Shown in pieces: positions 21,065 through 30,760 of a stretch of 64,000 nucleotides of DNA. Positions within the stretch are counted from its first letter, which is position 1. Each line of letters begins with the position of its first letter. Below the pieces are notes generated by a model. It saw nothing but the letters and a program-made list of their open reading frames with translations, was not told the origin of the DNA and made no database searches. Location of the stretch: the NCBI GenBank assembly GCA_965242725.1, contig CBDESZ010000031.1:1-64000 (forward strand), written 5' to 3'. The position numbers were made by a program, and so were the translations under genes. The DNA is from Alkalispirochaeta sp. (GTDB taxonomy: Bacteria > Spirochaetota > Spirochaetia > DSM-27196 > Alkalispirochaetaceae).

Positions 21065-21826
21065 CTAAAGCCGAAACAAATCGTCAAAGAAATCCCGTAC
21101 GGGATGTACCCCCGATCGGGTCGTAATCCATTCCGCGGCGCGTACAGCCCCCAAGGCGAAGCCGCTCCGGTCACGGGCACGATGGGTCAGTTCAATTGTA
21201 TCCGCCGGTGAATCGAAATAGACTGTATGCGTCCCCGGTATGGAACCGATACGGGCGCTGGCTGTGTGCAGCTCTTCAGCAGAAATCCGGCGGTGGAGGG
21301 TCTCCTCCTGGATTGCAGACTTTGATTTCATTCCGGCGAGAATTTCTTCGGCAATCATGATTGCCGTCCCGCTGGGGCTGTCCTTCTTTCCGGTGTGGTG
21401 GAGTTCTACGAGGCCGACGTCGTATACCTCAGCCGCGGCGGCGAGTTTCGCCGCGATTGATGCAATCCGGACGGTCATGTTTGCCCCGACTGAAAAATTG
21501 GAGCCCCATACGAGGGAGATTCCCGCCGAGATCGCGGGCTTCAGAACGTCATCTCTCTCTTTGTCCCAGCCGGTCGTTCCGACCACTGCGGTGCAGCCGG
21601 CACGAGCGTACTCTGCGATATTGGCAGCGACCGCGTCAGGAAAAGAGAAGTCAATCGCACATACATCCGGGGTCAATACACCCGCATTCACCGCATCGGA
21701 AACGTGGGGGTAATCGGCGTTTTCGGCCCCGGGGTCAATGGTACATACAATTTCGTGGTCCCGGGAACGGGCGATCGCCTCAATCTCATGACCCATTCGG
21801 CCGTAGCCGGTAATTGCCAGTTTCAT
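21065..21826 (-). CDS. dapB: 4-hydroxy-tetrahydrodipicolinate reductase
   Basis: GYGRMG, GTTGW, ELHHTGKKDSPSGTA, FALGA. Confidence 0.95.
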   Translation of the reverse strand: MKLAITGYGRMGHEIEAIARSRDHEIVCTIDPGAENADYPHVSDAVNAGVLTPDVCAIDFSFPDAVAANIAEYARAGCTAVVGTTGWDKERDDVLKPAISAGISLVWGSNFSVGANMTVRIASIAAKLAAAAEVYDVGLVELHHTGKKDSPSGTAIMIAEEILAGMKSKSAIQEETLHRRISAEELHTASARIGSIPGTHTVYFDSPADTIELTHRARDRSGFALGAVRAAEWITTRSGVHPVRDFFDDLFRL

Positions 21827-21836
21827 AGATTGACCT

Positions 21837-22832
21837 TCACGCTCCCTGACACAACGTAACCGCTGCGGTGGTTACGATATCCTCAACGGAACATCCCCGG
21901 GACAGGTCGCTCACCGGTTTGGCAAAGCCCTGCAGGAACGGTCCGTAGGCGTCGGCGCCGGCGAAGCGCTGTACAAGCTTGTATCCGATGTTCCCTGCAT
22001 CAAGGTCGGGAAAGATGAGGGTATTGGCGGTCCCCGCAACATCGGATCCCGGTGCCTTCTTTGCACCGACGCTCTCTACGACGGCTGCGTCGAGCTGCAG
22101 CTCTCCGTCAACTTTGAGTTCCGGTGCGCGCTCCTTCACCATTTCAAGTGCCGACAGGACTTTGTCGACGTCCTCATGTTTTGCCGAACCCTTTGTCGAA
22201 AAGGAGAGCATGGCTACCCGCGGTTCCGCTTTCAAAAAGGTGCGGCAGCTTTCCGCCGCGGCGACGGTTATTTCTGCAAGTTGCTCCGCGTCGGGATTGG
22301 GAATGGTGGCACAGTCGGAGAAAATCATGTGACCGTCGACACCCCATTTTGAGTCGTTCAGTTTCATGACAAAGCAGCTCGATGCGTACTTCGTTCCCGG
22401 GGCGGTCTTGATGATCTGAAAGGCAGCCAACAGAACATTGCCGGTTGAGTTTTCCGCCCCTGCAACCATCGCATCGGCGTCGCCCGTGCGTACCATCATG
22501 GCGCCCCATTTCAGGGGGTCGATGATCTGTTCAAACGCTTCTTCTGGGGTAAGACCTTTCTTTTTACGCAACTCATGGTACTCGTCGGCGTAAGATTGGC
22601 GCGTATCCGCCGACGCCGGATCCAGTACGGTTATTCCGGTAAGATCCACCCCTTCCTTTTTTGCCGCATCGCCGACGGCCTGGGTGGAACCGATGAGCGT
22701 CACCCGGGACGCCAGCTTCTCGTCAATAAGTTTCCGGGCAGCCTGAATCGTCCGTCCTTCCGTCCCTTCCGGAAGAACGAGGCGGCGCTGCAAATCTCGA
22801 GCCGTATGTTTCATTGTTTCTACAAAATTCAT
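21837..22832 (-). CDS. pta: Phosphate acetyltransferase
   Basis: [43 protein letters not shown] before MNFVET. Confidence 0.95.
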   Translation of the reverse strand: MNFVETMKHTARDLQRRLVLPEGTEGRTIQAARKLIDEKLASRVTLIGSTQAVGDAAKKEGVDLTGITVLDPASADTRQSYADEYHELRKKKGLTPEEAFEQIIDPLKWGAMMVRTGDADAMVAGAENSTGNVLLAAFQIIKTAPGTKYASSCFVMKLNDSKWGVDGHMIFSDCATIPNPDAEQLAEITVAAAESCRTFLKAEPRVAMLSFSTKGSAKHEDVDKVLSALEMVKERAPELKVDGELQLDAAVVESVGAKKAPGSDVAGTANTLIFPDLDAGNIGYKLVQRFAGADAYGPFLQGFAKPVSDLSRGCSVEDIVTTAAVTLCQGA

Positions 22833-22918
22833 TTCATCCTCCGTGTGCCGCATGGTACCACAAAATGGACATTCATGGAACTTGAGCAGCGTGGGAGCTT
22901 CCGGCATACTGACCAACC

Positions 22919-23704
22919 ATGAGTTCAGGGGACAATGTAGACGCGAAGAGAGATACCGACAGGCCGACCGCCGCGGTGATCGGTCTGGGAAGATTTGGCC
23001 TGTTCTGGGCGGAAATGCTTGCAGCAGAGTACAACGTGGTCGGAACGAGCCGGCGGGTGATCGCCGATATACCTGCCGGCGTTCGCCAGGTGGATATGGA
23101 CGAAGCACTTCAGGCGGAGGTGATATTTCTCACCGTCTCCATTTCGGCGTTGTCCTCCGTCCTTGAACGTATCGCGCCCCGAATCACGCCGGGAACAACA
23201 GTCATCGACACCTGTTCCGTAAAAGTCTATCCCGCCCGGGAAATGGAGCGCCTCCTGCCCGCCCACGCGGACATCATTGCATGCCATCCTATGTTCGGTC
23301 CCGACTCCGCCGGGGAACGGACCGACCCGTTACCTGTCATTACCTGGCCTATACGGGACAAACGCGGTCGATACGCCGCCGTACAGCATCTCTTCAGACG
23401 TCTCAACATGCGTGTGGTTGAAATGGCGCCGGATAAACACGATCGGGAAGCGGCGTTCAGTCAGGGAGTTACCCATTTTCTCGGTCGGATTCTCAAGGAA
23501 ATGGACCTGCAGGCGAGCTCTATCGCGACACTGGGCTATACGCGGCTCCTTCAGGTCATGGAACAGACCTGTAACGACCCTCTCCAGCTCTTCCGGGATC
23601 TGCAACGGTACAATCCCTATACGCGGGACATGCGACGTCGTTTCGCCGATGCGCTGCATGCGACGGAAGCGCTATTGCTTGACGCGGAAAAGAAGGAACA
23701 GTAG
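22919..23704 (+). CDS. tyrA: Prephenate/arogenate dehydrogenase
   Basis: [29 protein letters not shown]. Confidence 0.88.
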   Translation: MSSGDNVDAKRDTDRPTAAVIGLGRFGLFWAEMLAAEYNVVGTSRRVIADIPAGVRQVDMDEALQAEVIFLTVSISALSSVLERIAPRITPGTTVIDTCSVKVYPAREMERLLPAHADIIACHPMFGPDSAGERTDPLPVITWPIRDKRGRYAAVQHLFRRLNMRVVEMAPDKHDREAAFSQGVTHFLGRILKEMDLQASSIATLGYTRLLQVMEQTCNDPLQLFRDLQRYNPYTRDMRRRFADALHATEALLLDAEKKEQ

Positions 23705-23714
23705 TCTGAGCCAA

Positions 23715-24092
23715 ATGGCGGAACTGCGTGTACGTACCATCGATGAGTCGGAACTGGAAACGGTTCTGGCACCGGATATCGAGTTTGAAGGAACAATTGA
23801 ATTCTCTCAGCCCGTATTGGTGAAGGGGTCGGTCAAGGGTGAAATCAGGACCGGTTCAGATCTTTTTATAGCCGATACTGCGCAGGTCCATGCAGACATT
23901 TCGGCGGCTCGCGTATCGGTAAAGGGAAACGTTGCGGGGGATATCGAGGCATCGGAGCGGATCGAGCTCTTTTCGGGGGCGTCGATCACCGGCAACATCT
24001 CCTCTCCGGACCTCATCATCCAGAGCGGGAGCAGATTGAACGGCCGGTGCTCCATGTCGAACGGGGACCGGAAATCCGACGATGAAGGGTGA
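23715..24092 (+). CDS. Bactofilin (polymer-forming cytoskeletal protein)
   Basis: Beta-helical repeats FEGTIEF..VKGSVKGEI..GNVAGDI..ITGNI..GSRLNG; real start MAELRV inside ORF 23277..24092. Confidence 0.88.
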   Translation: MAELRVRTIDESELETVLAPDIEFEGTIEFSQPVLVKGSVKGEIRTGSDLFIADTAQVHADISAARVSVKGNVAGDIEASERIELFSGASITGNISSPDLIIQSGSRLNGRCSMSNGDRKSDDEG

Positions 24093-24723
24093 CGTGTCCG
24101 TGATGCGGAACCTGCGTGCCGGTGTCGTCGCATTGACCCTTCTCCTGATCGTTACCGGCACCGTGACCGCCCAGAACAGGCCGGACGCCCTCGTCCTGTA
24201 TCGCCAGGGTCAGTATGAGCGGGCCGTTGAAATCACCCTTGAAGAACTTGGGGAAAATCCGCGCAATCTCGATGCATATACCGTTCTGGGCTGGAGTCTG
24301 ATGTCGATGGGGCGGTACCAGGAGGCGCGGGAATACGGACTGCGCGGGCTGGAGGTGAGCCGTTTCGACCACCGTCTCGTCCACATTGTCGGGGAGGCAA
24401 ACTTTCACCTGGGGAACGATCTCCAGGCGCTTCAGTATCTGCAGAATTACACCGCCCTTGCACCGCAGGGGGCACTCATCGATGAGGTTTACTATCTCAT
24501 TGGTGAAATACACATTCGATTTGAAGAGTACAACCACGCGGATATCGCCCTGACGACCGCAGTCACCCTTGACGAGAACCGGGCTCAATGGTGGGCACGT
24601 CTCGGATACGCCCGTGAGATGGCGGGAACCCCGCAATATGCACGGCTGGCCTATGAAGAAGCGCTTGAACGGAATCCCGGTCTCGTTGAAGCGCGACGGG
24701 GTCTGGACCGTCTGAACTCCTGA
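24082..24723 (+). CDS. Secreted tetratricopeptide-repeat protein
   Basis: Signal peptide; TPR patterns (LGWSL..YQEA, WARLGYA..YEEALERNP). Confidence 0.85.
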   Translation: MKGDVSVMRNLRAGVVALTLLLIVTGTVTAQNRPDALVLYRQGQYERAVEITLEELGENPRNLDAYTVLGWSLMSMGRYQEAREYGLRGLEVSRFDHRLVHIVGEANFHLGNDLQALQYLQNYTALAPQGALIDEVYYLIGEIHIRFEEYNHADIALTTAVTLDENRAQWWARLGYAREMAGTPQYARLAYEEALERNPGLVEARRGLDRLNS

Positions 24724-24808
24724 CTGAAAGAGCGACGATTTCCCGATATTTCTCATTTCCGGTGCTATATTTTCCGATATAGTGAATGAAGATCATGGAG
24801 AGATGTAT

Positions 24809-25627
24809 ATGACGTCACGATTGATTGTGCTTGCCGTCGCGACGCTGACTTTTTTTGCCTCCTGTACCAACCTGTTCATGGGCAATTTCTTTGAAGAGTT
24901 TGACGGTCCTCCCGACGCATCCGAATTGCTCGGTTCCTATACGTCGTCGGACGGTACCGTTTCGACGAGCAAGGCTCCCAAGTTTGTGGGCGCCGTCTCG
25001 GAAGCGGCAGAAAGCTCCAAATTCTACAAGGATTTGAGCTCAAGTGACCGAACCGAACTCAACACGGCACTGAAGAGCGTCTATGACGACGCCAGTGTTG
25101 ACACGGCTACGCGGCAGTCCGCAAGTGTTCTCGCCGCGGAGGTGAAAATCAGAGATACCGGAGCGGGAGAGACGATAAACAATGTGGCAAACGTCCTGAC
25201 CTCCGACCTGGGGGCCGACTCGTTCAACGATCCGGAAGCGCTCATGGATCTCATCATTCCCGACAGCGCGAAGGGGGATGCAACGGCGGTCAAGAAGATT
25301 CTTGACGACCTGGTATCCGCAGGCGATGCCTATGACAACCTGGGATCGATCATGACCGACGAGGACGGTGACGGTACGGTCGACGGACCGAGCGGCGTTA
25401 ACATGACCGAAACGGCCCAGAAGGCGGCAGTTGCAATTGCGGTGATGAAGCTTGCCGATCCCGATGGGGACGGAGTCACCGATACTGCTACACTTTCAAA
25501 TGAGATCATAAACAAGAGTTTTTCCGCCGATACCGAATCGGCGCTCGACAATTTTCCCGGTGATACGACGAACCTTGAAAACATCCTCGATGCAGGCGGT
25601 CTCGGAGGACTATTTGACGGTCTTTGA
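24809..25627 (+). CDS. Acidic helical lipoprotein with two DxDGDG calcium-binding-like motifs
   Basis: Lipobox FFASC; DEDGDGTVD and DPDGDGVTD. Confidence 0.75.
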   Translation: MTSRLIVLAVATLTFFASCTNLFMGNFFEEFDGPPDASELLGSYTSSDGTVSTSKAPKFVGAVSEAAESSKFYKDLSSSDRTELNTALKSVYDDASVDTATRQSASVLAAEVKIRDTGAGETINNVANVLTSDLGADSFNDPEALMDLIIPDSAKGDATAVKKILDDLVSAGDAYDNLGSIMTDEDGDGTVDGPSGVNMTETAQKAAVAIAVMKLADPDGDGVTDTATLSNEIINKSFSADTESALDNFPGDTTNLENILDAGGLGGLFDGL

Positions 25628-25646
25628 TACACCCCGTTTTGTACAC

Positions 25647-26918
25647 ATGAAGAGAATTGGTTTGTTCTGCGCGGCATGGATTCTTCTGAACAGTATCGAT
25701 CCCGCGGCAATTCATGCCGAAACAATCAAGCAAAAGGAATTCCAGCGGATGAATCCCGTGATTCTGGGGCAGGGCGGATCATACGCCGCCGCCGCGGAAG
25801 GATATTCGGCGCTCTTTACCAATCCCGCGGGATTCGCCTTCACCGATGAACCGGAATTAACCCTCCCGTCGGTCTCAGTGTGGGCCCACTCCAGACCGGA
25901 TCTCCTCCTTTCAACGATCGGCGCCTTCAGCGGGGATGCTTCCGATAGCACGGAGAACGGTGAAGAAAAGAGCCAGGAAGATCTCATCATCGACGCGCTG
26001 CGGGAGCAGTTCACTACCAACGGATTCGGCGTGGGTGCGGCCCTCGGGATGGGGTATGTGGGGAATCGCATCGGCCTCGGCTTTGAGTTTGCCTTTGACA
26101 GTTACCTCTACGGGCCGACCTTTCCCCTTGGCCTGGAGGGGGAAATTTCAAGCCGTATCGGCCTTGTTCTCGGGTATGCGCACCCCTTCATTCTCGGTCC
26201 CGTACGACTTGCCGTCGGAGGCACGCTCCGCCCGACGATACGGGTCGTTTCGCTCGTTGATTCCGACACCGCCGCCGATCTGATCACCCAGTTTACCGGC
26301 ATCGAGACTGGCGACGGCACGGAAGAGTCCGGCGATATCATGGAAACGCTCACCGCCCTCAACGGATGGGGCGTCGCCTTTGACGCGGGCGTGATGGCTG
26401 AATATGACGCCTTTCGTCTCGGTATTCAGCTTCGAAACCTTCTGAATACGCAGGTCGACTACTCCAACAACACCTTCCAGGAGATTATCGACGCCGCCAG
26501 CGCAGGGGGGCTGCCGAGCAAGCCTACCGACGAGACGGATCCTTCATACGTGAAAGAGACGTATATCATTCCCGCAGAGATCAGCTTCGGCGCGCTATGG
26601 CGCCCCATTCGCGGCTCGTACGCTGCAATCGTGGATCCCAAGCTTCACGCCCAGGTAACCGACCCATTCGCAATGACCGACCCCGATCCGTCCCGCCCGC
26701 GCTCGTTCTGGACACGCATCCACGTCGGAACGGAAACGACCTTTCTGAACTTTTTCGATTTACGATTCGGACTGAATCAGGGGTATTTTACCGCAGGTGC
26801 AGGAATTGACCTTGGATTTCTGGAGGTACAGTACGCCATGTACAGCCGTGAATACGGAAGGTATCCCGGCGATCAGCAGGTCGGCGGAGCAGCTGTGGAA
26901 TTTGCCTTCCGGTATTGA
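25647..26918 (+). CDS. Probable outer-membrane beta-barrel, FadL/TraF_2-like
   Basis: Signal peptide; LGQGG..ALFTNPAG hatch-like motif; amphipathic strands; C-terminal EFAFRY. Confidence 0.7.
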   Translation: MKRIGLFCAAWILLNSIDPAAIHAETIKQKEFQRMNPVILGQGGSYAAAAEGYSALFTNPAGFAFTDEPELTLPSVSVWAHSRPDLLLSTIGAFSGDASDSTENGEEKSQEDLIIDALREQFTTNGFGVGAALGMGYVGNRIGLGFEFAFDSYLYGPTFPLGLEGEISSRIGLVLGYAHPFILGPVRLAVGGTLRPTIRVVSLVDSDTAADLITQFTGIETGDGTEESGDIMETLTALNGWGVAFDAGVMAEYDAFRLGIQLRNLLNTQVDYSNNTFQEIIDAASAGGLPSKPTDETDPSYVKETYIIPAEISFGALWRPIRGSYAAIVDPKLHAQVTDPFAMTDPDPSRPRSFWTRIHVGTETTFLNFFDLRFGLNQGYFTAGAGIDLGFLEVQYAMYSREYGRYPGDQQVGGAAVEFAFRY

Positions 26919-26938
26919 CCGGCGCCGGGTCAAACGGG

Positions 26939-26967
26939 TTGACACGACCGTTTCGGACGGATATATT
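26939..26967 (+). promoter_or_regulatory. sigma70 promoter for the tRNA pair
   Basis: TTGACA-N17-TATATT. Confidence 0.8.
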
Positions 26968-26981
26968 TCAGCTCCGATTGG

Positions 26982-27054
26982 GGGCCGCTAGCTCAGCTGG
27001 TAGAGCAACGCCCTTTTAAGGCGTGGGTCACTGGTTCGAACCCAGTGCGGCTCA
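26982..27054 (+). tRNA. tRNA-Lys(TTT); CCA not encoded
   Basis: Acceptor GGGCCGC/GCGGCTC, anticodon arm ACGCC-CTTTTAA-GGCGT, T-loop TTCGAAC. Confidence 0.96.
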
Positions 27055-27108
27055 TGAGCGGAAGAGCTTGATTTTCTGATGCAATTTCAGCTACAGTTCC
27101 GTGTTCAC

Positions 27109-27181
27109 GTCTCCTTCGTCTAGTGGTTAGGACACCGGGTTTTCATCCCGGCAACGGGGGGTTCGACTCCCCCAGGAGATG
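27109..27181 (+). tRNA. tRNA-Glu(TTC); CCA not encoded
   Basis: Acceptor GTCTCCT/AGGAGAT, anticodon arm CCGGG-TTTTCAT-CCCGG, T-loop TTCGACT. Confidence 0.94.
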
Positions 27182-27190
27182 CTTTTTTCG

Positions 27191-27224
27191 CCGTCTGGTC
27201 CAGGGACCGGACGGTTTTTTTTTT
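27191..27224 (+). terminator. Rho-independent terminator after the tRNAs
   Basis: CCGTCTGGTC-CAGG-GACCGGACGG followed by T10. Confidence 0.9.
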
Positions 27225-27361
27225 ATCCTTTTCTTTCATTTCCCGCCAAAGCAGAGGGGCTCATGGAGGCCTGTCTACCCAGTGAAGCGATAGGAGCCGA
27301 AATCTCCGCGTATTAAAAAAAATCGAGTTGTCCTTTTCGCAGGAAATTATGACTATATTAC

Positions 27362-27389
27362 TTGCCTATAGACAGATCCGTGGTAGAAT
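27362..27389 (+). promoter_or_regulatory. Putative sigma70 promoter of the TTT operon
   Basis: TTGCCT-N16-TAGAAT with extended TG, in an AT-rich intergenic region. Confidence 0.45.
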
Positions 27390-27576
27390 ATTGGTAGGTA
27401 AAATATATGATGCATGGTACAGAAGATATTATTGATGTTGACAGGATATCCGTTGGAAGCGGGTTCCGCGTTGTGAGGAGGTGGCGGGAAGAAAGAGAGG
27501 AGAAGGAGGTTTTTGCGGCGGTTCTGTGGATTCATTTGTGTCATCACAAAATGAAAATAAAAAGTGAGGAGTTTTT

Positions 27577-28587
27577 ATGTTGAGTAATTGTTTCCGTACC
27601 AAAGGGATGCGCGTTTTCATGGTCTCTCTGATGCTGGTTCTCGTCGGGATTGCCGGGATCAGTGCGTCAGGAGTTGAGGAAGGAGAATACCCGAACAGGA
27701 ATATTCGACTTATAATTCCCACGGGGGAAGGCGGTTCCGCGGACCGGGTTGCTCAGGCGGTAACCAATGTCTGGCGGGAGTATCTGGGTGTCGAGTTCGA
27801 GAGAAGTTTTCATCCCGGTGCTTCAGGACAGGTCGGGTACGAGATCTTCATGAACAGCGAACCCGACGGGTATACGATTTTAACGGGAAACCTCTCCGCC
27901 GAAATGATCATGTACGGCCTTCAGGATCCCAATTACGATTTTCCCGAGGATCTTGTCTATTTTGCCAGCGTCGGGACGGATCCACAGGTGCTATGGGTTC
28001 CCAGAGACAGCCCCTTTCAGACGATAGAGGAACTGGTTGAGGAGTCGCAGCGTCGTCCGATAACGGTGTCCACCAGCCGATTGCCGCACCCCGCAACGAT
28101 CGGTGCTGCAGCCATCGCCGATGCCACAGGCGGCACATTCAGAATGGTTCCCTACGGCGGGGGAAGCGCAGCCCGGACGGCCGGTGTGACCGGTGAAGTC
28201 GACGCGAGTATCGACGACGTCGGTTCATCGATGCCCCTGGAGGAGGATATTCGCTATCTCGTCATGTTCCAGAACGAAAACCTCTGGCCGGACCTTTCGG
28301 AAAACGTCCCCACCGTGAACGACGTCTTCGGACTTGAACTTCCGAATCTTGGGTCAATTCGCGTCTTTGCCGTACAACGGGAGTTCATGGAGCGCTACCC
28401 TGACCGGTTTGAAATTCTGGTCAGCACACTGCAGGAGGCGATGGCGGACCCGCGAATGGCTGAAGAACACGAGGCGGTCGGATTTGACCGGGTGTTCGTA
28501 AATTATCAGGGCATGGAGGCGACAATGGCCGATGCCGAGCGGATGCTGGGTCTGGTGGATCAGTTCAGGGATTTTCTTACTGAATGA
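27577..28587 (+). CDS. tctC: Tripartite tricarboxylate transporter substrate-binding protein (TctC/Bug)
   Basis: YPNRNIRLIIP..GGSAD, PGASG, PDGYT, VPYGGGS. Confidence 0.9.
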   Translation: MLSNCFRTKGMRVFMVSLMLVLVGIAGISASGVEEGEYPNRNIRLIIPTGEGGSADRVAQAVTNVWREYLGVEFERSFHPGASGQVGYEIFMNSEPDGYTILTGNLSAEMIMYGLQDPNYDFPEDLVYFASVGTDPQVLWVPRDSPFQTIEELVEESQRRPITVSTSRLPHPATIGAAAIADATGGTFRMVPYGGGSAARTAGVTGEVDASIDDVGSSMPLEEDIRYLVMFQNENLWPDLSENVPTVNDVFGLELPNLGSIRVFAVQREFMERYPDRFEILVSTLQEAMADPRMAEEHEAVGFDRVFVNYQGMEATMADAERMLGLVDQFRDFLTE

Positions 28588-28618
28588 CGATTTCACATTA
28601 CTGCTGATCACCCGTGAC

Positions 28619-28688
28619 GGCGGGATGTCGACACACACGACATCCGCCTTACGGGTCGGCGGGATGTCGACTCGTACGACATCCCGCC
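28619..28688 (+). repeat. Two tandem palindromic hairpin units (REP-like), 39-bp period
   Basis: GGCGGGATGTCG-N7-CGACATCC(C)GCC twice. Confidence 0.85.
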
Positions 28689-28736
28689 TTTTGTCTGCAG
28701 CGGTACATCAATCTATGTTTCTCATGGGGAACCCAT

Positions 28737-29231
28737 ATGTCGAATACGAAAAGCACCTTGGCTTCGCTGGCTGAGCTGGTCGTACCGGTCCTCGCCACCG
28801 TTTTCTCTTTCTACTATCTCTATACTATTCAGGATATTCCCTTTCTCGCGCAGATGTACGGCGGGGGAATCAGTTTCTTTCTCGTTTTTCTCTGTCTTGT
28901 GGTCACTCTGCGGGTTGTTGTGAGAATTGTACGTTCCCGCGGGGAGGCGGAGCCGGCAACCTTCGGCGAAATCATCCAGGCAGGGCGCTATTACTCAAAG
29001 GCGATCGCACTTGTTCTGGGAATGGCACTCTACATCGGGCTGATGCCCTATCTCGGCTACCCGCTGTTGAGTTTCCTCTTTGTCGCAGGTGCCACCTACA
29101 TTCTGGGAGTGAAGAGTATTCCCCGCTCGCTGTTGATTTCCCTTGCGGTCACCGTTGCGGGGTATGTTCTTTTCATCGTCTTTCTGCAGGTTCGGCTGCC
29201 GATCGGCCCGCTGCGGTATCTCGGGCTGTAA
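28737..29231 (+). CDS. tctB: TTT small membrane subunit
   Basis: 4-5 TM, YIGLMPYLGY, C-terminal FLQVRLPIGP. Confidence 0.85.
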   Translation: MSNTKSTLASLAELVVPVLATVFSFYYLYTIQDIPFLAQMYGGGISFFLVFLCLVVTLRVVVRIVRSRGEAEPATFGEIIQAGRYYSKAIALVLGMALYIGLMPYLGYPLLSFLFVAGATYILGVKSIPRSLLISLAVTVAGYVLFIVFLQVRLPIGPLRYLGL

Positions 29232-29249
29232 AGGGAAAGGGTACAGACT

Positions 29250-30749
29250 ATGGACATGTTATGGCTTATTCTGAACAGCGTAACCCAGTACTGGTGGCTC
29301 ATTATTATCGGAGTTTCCGTCGGTATCATCGTCGGTGCAATTCCCGGATTCAGCTCGACCAATGTAAACATCATTCTGTTGCCACTCACGCTGGGAATGG
29401 AGACGGGTCCCGCACTCGCCTTTATGGCGACGGTCTACGCGGGATCCCATATGGGAGGCGCCGTTCCGGCGATTCTCTTCAACGTTCCCGGTACGGGAAG
29501 TGCCGCGGCGACATGTTTTGACGGCTACCCGATGACCCAGCAGGGAGACGGTCAGCGGGCGCTCTCCATATCCTTTGTATCGTCGTCGATCAGCGGTCTC
29601 GTCACCTCAATTGTGACGATTATCGCGCTCCGATATGTAGGACGCCTGGTCTATTACTTCGGTACGATAGAAAGCTTTGTGGTCATCCTCTTCGGCTTGA
29701 TTCTGATCGCCCAGATCGCCGGAAAAGATCCCACCAAGGGTTTTCTGGCGGGACTGCTCGGCCTCCTTATCGGCGCCGTCGGATACGACCACGTCTACAG
29801 CGTTCCCCGGGCGACCTTCGGTATTCTCGAACTCTTTGACGGCGTGGAACGGGTACCAGCCATCATCGGTTTGTTTGCCATCTCCGAGGCTCTCACGATG
29901 ATTGAACACGAGCACATTATCGACGCAAGCCGGATCAAGACCGTTCTCATGGAGAAGAGCTGGCGCGGCACCATTCAGGGCGTCAAGGACACGCTCAGGA
30001 ATTTCGTTACGGTGATGCGATCAGCTTTTACCGGCTTTTTCATCGGTATTGTTCCGGGCGCGGGGGCAACGATAGGCAGCTTCGTGAGTTATCAGCAGAC
30101 GGTGAGTGCCTACCGGGACCGTGAGGAGTTTGGAAACGGAAATCCCAAGGGCGTCATTGCATCAGAGGCGGGGAACAACGGTGTCACCGGCGGTTCACTG
30201 ATTCCCCTTTTCACCCTGGGTATTCCCGGCGGTGGAACGTCGGCGGTCATGCTCATCGTCCTCCTTGCCCACGGAGTGCCGATCGGTCCCAGGTTATTTC
30301 GTACGACCCCGGAGCTCGCGTACGGCGTCGTGGCGGCGATGATCGTCGGCTATATCGTCATGCTCATCATCGGCATGCCCCTCTCGAGGGTCTTCTCCCG
30401 CATCACCGTCGTTCCAACCCGGGTGCTTGCTCCTCTTATCATCACCTTCACGCTGGTGGGCGCCTATGTGGCGCGAGGCTATATCGTCGACATGTGGGTC
30501 GCGTTGCTCTTCGGGGTTCTCGCCTTTATCATGAAGAAAACGGGATATCAGACGCACGCCATACTTCTCGGCGTCATACTGGGTCCCCTGGCGGAGCAGT
30601 ACTTTACCAGGGCGATCCTCCTCGGTGACGGAGATCTGGGGATATTCTTTTCCCGGCCCCTTGGTAATTTCCTGTGGTTTCTCGTTGTCGTCTCAATCGC
30701 ATATCCTTACGTCATGAGAACGCTTCGGGCACGGAAAGCGGCGCGGTAA
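29250..30749 (+). CDS. tctA: TTT large membrane subunit
   Basis: GAIPG, ILFNVPGT..TCFDGYPM, EAGNN, TLGIPG. Confidence 0.93.
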   Translation: MDMLWLILNSVTQYWWLIIIGVSVGIIVGAIPGFSSTNVNIILLPLTLGMETGPALAFMATVYAGSHMGGAVPAILFNVPGTGSAAATCFDGYPMTQQGDGQRALSISFVSSSISGLVTSIVTIIALRYVGRLVYYFGTIESFVVILFGLILIAQIAGKDPTKGFLAGLLGLLIGAVGYDHVYSVPRATFGILELFDGVERVPAIIGLFAISEALTMIEHEHIIDASRIKTVLMEKSWRGTIQGVKDTLRNFVTVMRSAFTGFFIGIVPGAGATIGSFVSYQQTVSAYRDREEFGNGNPKGVIASEAGNNGVTGGSLIPLFTLGIPGGGTSAVMLIVLLAHGVPIGPRLFRTTPELAYGVVAAMIVGYIVMLIIGMPLSRVFSRITVVPTRVLAPLIITFTLVGAYVARGYIVDMWVALLFGVLAFIMKKTGYQTHAILLGVILGPLAEQYFTRAILLGDGDLGIFFSRPLGNFLWFLVVVSIAYPYVMRTLRARKAAR

Positions 30750-30760
30750 GGAACGGTAGT

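Noticed and set aside
24742..24780. sigma28 promoter before the lipoprotein (CCGATAT twice)
   Set aside because: No convincing TAAA -35 at the right spacing
28619..28688. Mini-CRISPR
   Set aside because: Only two units, a 9-nt gap, no cas genes
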